DNA of 64,000 nucleotides, from assembly GCA_044344255.1 (NCBI GenBank), contig JBIJDH010000003.1, positions 416,001-480,000 of the forward strand, read 5' to 3'. Below are positions 57,999 to 64,000 of this stretch, piece by piece. Numbering within the stretch: position 1 is the stretch's first letter; every line of letters begins with the position of its first letter. Both the position numbers and the translations under genes were made by a program. The notes under the pieces were generated by a model. The model searched no databases, was not told the DNA's origin, and saw only the letters and a list, made by a program, of their open reading frames with translations. The stretch is from Myxococcota bacterium. GTDB lineage: Bacteria; Myxococcota_A; UBA796; UBA2385.

Positions 57999-58431
57999 TC
58001 GGCGTCTCCGATTTTCCCTCACCGGGAGGTGGGGCTGGGGCGCTCTCTCCGTCCAGGGTCTCGCCCAGGACGGAGAGCGTGCGGGCATAGGCTTCGATCA
58101 ATGCCTGGACCGCGGCGCCGTCGGGGCGGGGATCGGAGGAGGCGGCGCGGCGCAGGGCGTCGTCGGGGAGCTCGGGGGCGCGGCCGAGGCGCTCGGCGGC
58201 CCGTCGGACCCTTCGTTCGAGGAGGGTGTCCAGCGCGATGACCGCGCGGACATCGGCGTCATCGGGGGGAGGCTCCCCGGCCTGGAGCACCACGGCGGCG
58301 GGGCCGGGCAGGGGAGGCAGCGCCTCGGGCGGGCCCGGGAGGTGCCAAAGCCAGAGGAGCAGTCCGGTCTGCACGAGCAGCAGCGCGGCGGCGATGAGGC
58401 TGAGCCGGTGTTCCCGCTGGCGCGTCCGCAT
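57985..58431 (-). CDS. Hypothetical single-TM protein
   Basis: LSLIAAALLLVQTGLLLWLW followed by a helical domain; overlaps the LysR start. Confidence 0.55.
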   Translation of the reverse strand: MRTRQREHRLSLIAAALLLVQTGLLLWLWHLPGPPEALPPLPGPAAVVLQAGEPPPDDADVRAVIALDTLLERRVRRAAERLGRAPELPDDALRRAASSDPRPDGAAVQALIEAYARTLSVLGETLDGESAPAPPPGEGKSETPNGHE

Positions 58432-58473
58432 CCAGATTGGATACCATGGTCGTCCCCCCCTCGGGAGCCCCCC

Positions 58474-58692
58474 TTGTCCCAGCCCCTGCCGGAGTCGAGG
58501 CGGCGCGTCCTGGCCCTCCTCCTGGTCTGTGACGCCGTCCTCGCGCTGATGATCGCCGTTCGGTTCGTCGAGCTCCGGGCGGAGTGGACCGCCTGGAACA
58601 CCGTGGTGACGGCCCAAGCCACCCTGATCCAGAGGGCGGACACCTCGGTCGACCCGACGAGCCGCCCGCCGCCCAGGGGGCTCGGCCGATGA
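58474..58692 (+). CDS. Single-TM microprotein Y' (module B)
   Basis: TTG start with GGGAG RBS; LALLLVCDAVLALMIAVRFVELRAEW aligns with microprotein Y. Confidence 0.6.
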   Translation: MSQPLPESRRRVLALLLVCDAVLALMIAVRFVELRAEWTAWNTVVTAQATLIQRADTSVDPTSRPPPRGLGR

Positions 58693-58844
58693 GCCGCGCG
58701 GAGCTGCTCTTCGCCACCGCCCTGCTGGTGATCAACCTGATCGTGGTGGAGTGGGTCGTCTATGCGCTCGCCACCGGGCAGCTGGGCTCCCAGGTCGATG
58801 AGCGGGACCTCGATCCCGCCCGGGTTGTGGATCGCCAGCCTTAA
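58689..58844 (+). CDS. Single-TM microprotein X' (module B)
   Basis: 51 aa; ATGA overlap; ELLFATALLVINLIVV aligns with microprotein X. Confidence 0.6.
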   Translation: MSRAELLFATALLVINLIVVEWVVYALATGQLGSQVDERDLDPARVVDRQP

Positions 58845-58877
58845 ACGGCGCCCCCTCGACGCCGCCCCTTCGTGCGC

Positions 58878-59171
58878 TCAGGCCGGTGGGGTCTCGACCC
58901 ACTCGGGGTCGACGCGGGTGAGCAGCACCTCGAGCTCGAACGGGCTGAGGAGACCGTCCCGGTCGGCGTCAAAGAGCTCAAAGTCGCTGGGGTAACGCGC
59001 GCTCCGGGCGAACTCCGTGGGGGAGATCTGCCCGTCGCCGTCCTGGTCGAAGCGCTGCACCCAGGGAGCCACGAGCGCGGGCTCGCGGGGTTCGGGATCC
59101 CAGGCGAGGCGCGCGAGGGCCGACAGCAGCAGGGCGAGCGCGAGCCCGTAGAGGAGGCGGCTCAGCTTCAT
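58878..59171 (-). CDS. Membrane-anchored two-EF-hand protein (module B)
   Basis: N-terminal TM; DQDGDGQISPTE and DADRDGLLSPFE loops. Confidence 0.85.
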   Translation of the reverse strand: MKLSRLLYGLALALLLSALARLAWDPEPREPALVAPWVQRFDQDGDGQISPTEFARSARYPSDFELFDADRDGLLSPFELEVLLTRVDPEWVETPPA

Positions 59172-60544
59172 GGGGCGCGCTCTCGCGGCGGATGGGCGGG
59201 CCGGAGGGCCTCCCAGAGCCCCTCCCCGCGCGGGTCATCCCAGGCGATGGGCTGTCCGGCGGCGTCGAGGAGCTCCATCCCGGCACCGGCCTCGACTGGG
59301 CGAGGGCCGAGGAGGGCGACGTCTGGCGCGCGGAGGCGGGCCGACGGCGTGCGGACGCTCCGCTCACCCAGCATCGACTCCGAGCGGACACGCTCTCGCC
59401 CGAGGGCCTCGAGCCCCGGCCCCTGGGTGGCCCCGACCAGGGAGAGCAAGGCGGGGCTCAGATCGGCGAGGCTCACGAGCTCACTTCGCTGGACGGGGGC
59501 CGCGCCGGGCAGCCGGATGACCAGGGGGACGTGGACGTTCTCGTCGTGCAGCGAGACGCGGTGGTTCACCGCTCCGTGGGTGAGCAGGTCTTCTCCGTGG
59601 TCGGAGAGGAGCACGACGACCGTGTCCTCGTCGAGGTCGAGCCGATCGATCTCGCGGAGCACGCGGCCGACGTGGAAGTCGGCGTAGGCCACCGCGCTGT
59701 CGTACACCCCGCGGACGAAGGCCCGATCGGCGTCATCGATGGGGATGCGGGCCGAGCGGGGGTCCGCCGCGTGGAGCTCGAGGGCGTGAAACATCGCCGG
59801 GTTGAGGAAGTGGGCGTCGGTGGACTGGAGCGGGGGCGGGTTGAAGCCGGGGAACCAGGCGTCGTTCGTCAGGCGCTCCCAGAAGAGGGGGTTCTCGGCC
59901 TCCTCCTTTAAGGGGCCGCTGTAGTCCGGGGCGGCGAAGTGGCGGAGGGGCCCCGGCTTGGCGTAGGGAGAGTGGCAGTCGTAGCCGTGGATGAAGAGGA
60001 AGAAGGGGCGATCGTCGTCGGCGAGGTCTCTCAGGCGGTCGATGGCCGCAGGTGCGGTCTCTTGAAAGCTGGCGAAGGGGCGCTGGCTCGTCTGATAGCG
60101 CTGAAAGCCGGCGTCAATGCCAAAGACCGGCGAGAGGTGCCCGCCGGCGACCACCCCCTCGGTTCGCCAACCGGCGCGGGCGAGGCGGGCGGCGAGGGTC
60201 GGGGCGTCACGGCTCAGCCGGAAGGTGCGGTAGTCGAGGGGGCCCCAGGTGGAGGGCAAGGCGCCGAGGAAGAGGCCCGCGTGGCTGAACAGGGTCTCAT
60301 TGGCGGCGCTGTAGGCCTGGGACCACATGATCGACTCGGCGGCGAAGGCGTCCATCTCCGGGGTGAGCGAGCGACCGTCGGGGCCCGCCTTGCCGAGGCG
60401 GTCCGCCCGCATCGTGTCGACCGAGATCATCACGAGGTTGAGCCCTGGCCCGCCGTCGCCGGCTCCGGGTTGGGCGCAGGCGGCCGCGAGTCCGGCGAGG
60501 AGGGCGGGCAGGAGGGGCGCCCCTCGAGGCGGGAGGCCGCGCAC
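59168..60544 (-). CDS. Sulfatase-like (alkaline phosphatase superfamily) lipoprotein (module B)
   Basis: LAAAC lipobox; NLVMISVDTMRAD, ANETLFSHAGLFLG, PFFLFIHGYDCH.PY, SDHGE, HVPLV. Confidence 0.88.
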   Translation of the reverse strand: MRGLPPRGAPLLPALLAGLAAACAQPGAGDGGPGLNLVMISVDTMRADRLGKAGPDGRSLTPEMDAFAAESIMWSQAYSAANETLFSHAGLFLGALPSTWGPLDYRTFRLSRDAPTLAARLARAGWRTEGVVAGGHLSPVFGIDAGFQRYQTSQRPFASFQETAPAAIDRLRDLADDDRPFFLFIHGYDCHSPYAKPGPLRHFAAPDYSGPLKEEAENPLFWERLTNDAWFPGFNPPPLQSTDAHFLNPAMFHALELHAADPRSARIPIDDADRAFVRGVYDSAVAYADFHVGRVLREIDRLDLDEDTVVVLLSDHGEDLLTHGAVNHRVSLHDENVHVPLVIRLPGAAPVQRSELVSLADLSPALLSLVGATQGPGLEALGRERVRSESMLGERSVRTPSARLRAPDVALLGPRPVEAGAGMELLDAAGQPIAWDDPRGEGLWEALRPAHPPRERAP

Positions 60545-60561
60545 GCCGGGGGCGCCGCGCT

Positions 60562-62070
60562 CTACTTGGCGGCCATCGCTTGATCTTCAGCAGAGCCCTT
60601 GCTGAGCAGGTCCTTCAGCATCCACAAGGTCGGCTTCTTCTCGTTGAAGAAGAGGAAGCTGAACAGGCTGCCGGCCTGGACATACTTCGCGACGTCGCGC
60701 CAGGTCTTGATCTGCTCGGCGTGGCGGGCCAGCGTGACCGGCCGGAAGTAGAACTCGCGGTAGAACTGACGGTGGAGCTGGATGAGGTCGTCCGGCTCCA
60801 GGCCCCAGGGCACGAAGGTGGGCTCCCAGAAGCTCTTCTCGTTGTTCGTCTGGTTGACGAGCCGGCCCCACTTGCTGCCCTCGCGCAGCCAGGTCTCCAT
60901 CTGCGGGGTCTCGGGCAGGATGGTGTTGATCTGCACGGTCACGTCATGCAGCGGCAGGGACTTGGCGAACTCCATCGTCTCGAGGATGGTCTCGCGGGTG
61001 TCGGGCATGTGGCCGACCATGAAGAAGGCCTTCGGGCGCAGGCCGACCTCGTGCGCCGCGGTGATGGCGGCGCGGATCTTCTCCTTGGTGATGCCCTTGG
61101 AGATGAAGTCGAGCACCTGATCGGAGCCGGACTCGACGCCGAAGCGGGTGCGCCAACAGCCGGCGTCCTTCATCCGCTGAAGGAGCTCGCGATCGACGAC
61201 CTCGACGCGGGAGGAGCAGGTCCAGCTTATCTTGTTCTGGATGCCGCGACGGATGAACTCGTCGCAGATCGCCTGGACGCGCTTCTTGTTGGCGCAGAAG
61301 AGGGAGTCTACGAACGCGATGTCCTTGGCGCCGAAGTCGCGGATGAGGTGCTCGACCTCGTCAGCGATGTACTGCGGCGAGTGGCTGCGGTAGCCCGAGC
61401 GTGACTTCTGGCAGAAGGCGCAGGCGTGGGGGCAGCCACGGCTCGTGATCATCGCGAACTTGGGGAAGGCGTGCTCGTCGACCGGGACCGGCCGGTAGAT
61501 GTTCGGCGGGAGGAGGTGCCGGGCGGGGAAGGGCAGCTCGTCGAGCTCGCGGAACTTCTTGCGCTTCTCGGTGTAGTGGAAGCCGCCCTCCGGCTTACGG
61601 AAGACGATCCCCGGTACGTCCTCGAGTGCCTGGCGGCCTGCGGCCCACTCGACGAGCTCGAGCATCGTGTGTTCGCCTTCACCGAGCACGCCGACATCGA
61701 AGGCCGGGTGGGCCATCGCCTCTTCGGGGACCAGCGTGACGTGGTAGCTCCCGAGCACGATCTGCACGTCGGGCAGCGCGGCCTTGAGGCCGGTCGCCAG
61801 CTTCTTGCAGGTCTCGAAGGTCACCGTGAAGGAGCCGAGGCCGATGAGGTCTGGCTTCCAGGCCTCCACCCGAGCGACGGTCTTCTGCACGTTGAGCTGC
61901 TCGGCTGCGGCGTCGATGACGGCGACCTCGTGGCCCTCCCGCTCGAGCATGGCGGCGATGTAGAGGATGCCGAGCGGCGCCGAGTTGTAGAAGAGGAAGG
62001 AGGTGACCGGGTTGGCGTGCCCCTCTTCGAGGACCTGGTCGATGGGGGGATTGATCAGGATGACGCGCAT
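60562..62070 (-). CDS. Cobalamin-dependent radical SAM enzyme
   Basis: N-terminal B12-binding domain (PLGILYIAA, VLGEGE); SRGCPHACAFC; FGVESG. Confidence 0.93.
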   Translation of the reverse strand: MRVILINPPIDQVLEEGHANPVTSFLFYNSAPLGILYIAAMLEREGHEVAVIDAAAEQLNVQKTVARVEAWKPDLIGLGSFTVTFETCKKLATGLKAALPDVQIVLGSYHVTLVPEEAMAHPAFDVGVLGEGEHTMLELVEWAAGRQALEDVPGIVFRKPEGGFHYTEKRKKFRELDELPFPARHLLPPNIYRPVPVDEHAFPKFAMITSRGCPHACAFCQKSRSGYRSHSPQYIADEVEHLIRDFGAKDIAFVDSLFCANKKRVQAICDEFIRRGIQNKISWTCSSRVEVVDRELLQRMKDAGCWRTRFGVESGSDQVLDFISKGITKEKIRAAITAAHEVGLRPKAFFMVGHMPDTRETILETMEFAKSLPLHDVTVQINTILPETPQMETWLREGSKWGRLVNQTNNEKSFWEPTFVPWGLEPDDLIQLHRQFYREFYFRPVTLARHAEQIKTWRDVAKYVQAGSLFSFLFFNEKKPTLWMLKDLLSKGSAEDQAMAAK

Positions 62071-62190
62071 CGGGGCCGCTCCGGAGCTGATGGGGCAGAG
62101 GTTACCCCAGTCTCGGCGGTGTGCCCACGGATCGCCGCCGCCCCGGTGGAGGGGGTTAGCGGGGTCGCCCACCCCTCGACTGGAGCCCAG

Positions 62191-63003
62191 ATGCCGCCCC
62201 GCACTCCGCCTTCAAGCGTCCTCCCGCCTCGTCAGCGCGGGAGGCACCACCTCATCACCGGTGCCGGCTCGGGCATCGGGCGCGCGGTCGCGCTCCGCCT
62301 TGCGGCCGAGGGGGCCAGCGTGAGCCTGCTCGGGCGCAACCGCGACAAGCTCGACGCTGTCGCCATCGAGGCCATCGACGCCGGGGCCGCCCTCGCGCAC
62401 GTCGTCGTCGCCGATCTCACCGACGCCCGCGCGGTCGGCGAGGCCGTGGCAGAGGCCGCCGACGCCCTTGGTCCCTTGGACGGCCTCGTGGCCAACGCGG
62501 GCCAGGGTGGGCCGAATTTCCCGGGCGAGGGAGACCGCTTCTTCGAGATCGTGCAGACCAACCTCGTCGGCACCTACAACAGCCTTCGGGCGGCCCAGCG
62601 GCACTTCGCCCCGGGCCCGGAGGCCCGCCACATGGTCGTCGTGGCCAGCATCCTCGGGCGCTTCGGCGTGCCGTGGTACACCGGCTACTGCGCCTCCAAG
62701 GCGGCCCTGCTCGGCCTCGTGCGGGCGATGGCCCTCGAGCTCGCTCGCGAGAACGTGGCCGTCAACGCCATCTGCCCCGGCTGGGTGGAGACGGACATGG
62801 CGTGGGAGGGCATCGACGGTATGGCCGCCGCCATGAAGACCGACCGGGCGACCGCGCTGCAGGCGGCGATGAGCCAGGTGCCCCTGGGTCGGATGAGCCA
62901 GCCCGAAGACATCGGCGGCCTCGTGGCCTGGCTCCTCTCGAACGACGCCCGCGGCGTGACTGGCCAGGGCATCGACATGAACAACGGCGCGTGGATGGGC
63001 TGA
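62191..63003 (+). CDS. Short-chain dehydrogenase/reductase
   Basis: TGAGSGIG, ANAG, YCASK, NAICPG. Confidence 0.95.
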   Translation: MPPRTPPSSVLPPRQRGRHHLITGAGSGIGRAVALRLAAEGASVSLLGRNRDKLDAVAIEAIDAGAALAHVVVADLTDARAVGEAVAEAADALGPLDGLVANAGQGGPNFPGEGDRFFEIVQTNLVGTYNSLRAAQRHFAPGPEARHMVVVASILGRFGVPWYTGYCASKAALLGLVRAMALELARENVAVNAICPGWVETDMAWEGIDGMAAAMKTDRATALQAAMSQVPLGRMSQPEDIGGLVAWLLSNDARGVTGQGIDMNNGAWMG

Positions 63004-63047
63004 GGGTCGGGGCTCGCCCACCCTCCGGCTCGGCGGCCGCGCCCGGG

Positions 63048-63842
63048 TCAGGCGGAGAAGTGGGCGGCCTCTTCTAGCTGCTTCGGATCGCGGATGACCA
63101 GCCCCTCACGCTGGGTCTCGACGAGGCCCTCGCGCTGCCAGCGGGTCATGACGCGGATGGTCGTCTCGACGCGGCAGCCGACCATCTCGGAGAGATCCGA
63201 GCGGGAGAGCCGCACGGGGACGAAGGTGCCGCGCGCGTCCTTGAGGCCGACCTCATCGCCGATGCGCAGGATGACGCGGGCCAGACGGTTCTCCACCGGG
63301 CCGTGGGACATCTCGTTGATGCGCTGGCTGAAGGTGTCGAAGCGGCGGCAAGCCTGCTCGAACAGCGTGGCGCATAGCTCAGGATGTTCTTGGATCAAGA
63401 TCCGAAGCCGGTCTGCGGGGAGGCGGATGCCCTTGCCCGAAGAGAGCGCCGTGCAGGTCGCGAACCGGAACGCGTGGTCAGGGCTCCGGGCAGCCTCCTC
63501 TCCGGCGAGCCCGCCGCGGAAGACGATCTCCAAGATGGTGTCGCGGTTGTCCGCGCCCGCGCGGGAGAGCTTCACGACCCCGGTGCAGACGGTGATGAGC
63601 TCGGTCGCCGCCGCGCCCTCCGCCCACAAGACATCGCCGCGTGCGAAGCGGAAGGGTTCACCGTGGTGCATCAGGGCGCTGTTCACGGACGCCGACGAGC
63701 AGGGGCGGGAGCAGGCGCAGCCCACTTGCGTCGCCGCGGGGCCCGCCTGCACGGGACAGATGGTGGAGATGGTGCAGGTCTGGGAGGGGGATTGAAGGGT
63801 CATCGTGGCGTCCGGCTCCGAGCGGGGTGGAGTGTCCGTCAC
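63048..63842 (-). CDS. Crp/Fnr family regulator with Cys-rich N-terminus (alternative start ATG 63803)
   Basis: cNMP-fold GVVKL...GEE; HTH LSRSDLSEMVGCRVETTIR; N-terminal C..C..CAC..C. Confidence 0.9.
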   Translation of the reverse strand: MTDTPPRSEPDATMTLQSPSQTCTISTICPVQAGPAATQVGCACSRPCSSASVNSALMHHGEPFRFARGDVLWAEGAAATELITVCTGVVKLSRAGADNRDTILEIVFRGGLAGEEAARSPDHAFRFATCTALSSGKGIRLPADRLRILIQEHPELCATLFEQACRRFDTFSQRINEMSHGPVENRLARVILRIGDEVGLKDARGTFVPVRLSRSDLSEMVGCRVETTIRVMTRWQREGLVETQREGLVIRDPKQLEEAAHFSA

Positions 63843-63861
63843 TGCAAACTGCGTGCCAGGA

Positions 63862-63873
63862 TGACCAAGGTCA
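63862..63873. promoter_or_regulatory. Palindrome with Crp/Fnr core TGA-N6-TCA just upstream of the Crp/Fnr gene
   Basis: TGACC-AA-GGTCA. Confidence 0.4.
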
Positions 63874-64000
63874 GGATGGCCCGATCGACCGGGGCCGGGA
63901 ATTGCGTGCGGCTGGGTTCCCGGGGCGCCTGCGCCCAGCTTACGTGTGAGATGCCACAGGGCCGAGGAGCTGCAAGATGAAAGAGCGTGCCACCATTTTG

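Overview
High-GC bacterial DNA with a Myxococcota-like gene set (TM Ser/Thr kinase, PEGA protein, MYXO-CTERM-like tail, many lipoproteins); the lineage is inferred, not proven. Left to right: alpha-2-macroglobulin/PBP1C pair; kinase, TPR-TonB receptor, lipoprotein and metH; an orphan Flp pilin directly followed by a radical SAM gene; housekeeping genes; a ~10 kb defence island right after ychF (intact AbiEi/AbiEii, type I R-M, DUF6088 antitoxin with a truncated partner, gene remnants, a REP/MITE-like inverted repeat); hemerythrin-GGDEF, Fpg/Nei, AlkB with TetR; a four-gene MoxR/bpX-like putative conflict operon; then a 48.6-62 kb envelope region. That region holds the best candidate for an undescribed system: a duplicated four-gene module (sulfatase-fold enzyme with a non-canonical NE[S/T]LFSH active-site motif, membrane EF-hand protein, two single-TM microproteins). 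It lies beside twin CRTAC1-like lipoproteins, a sulfotransferase and a B12 radical SAM gene. I saw no rRNA, tRNA, CRISPR array or integrase. All family calls come from motif recognition by eye; no database searches were run.
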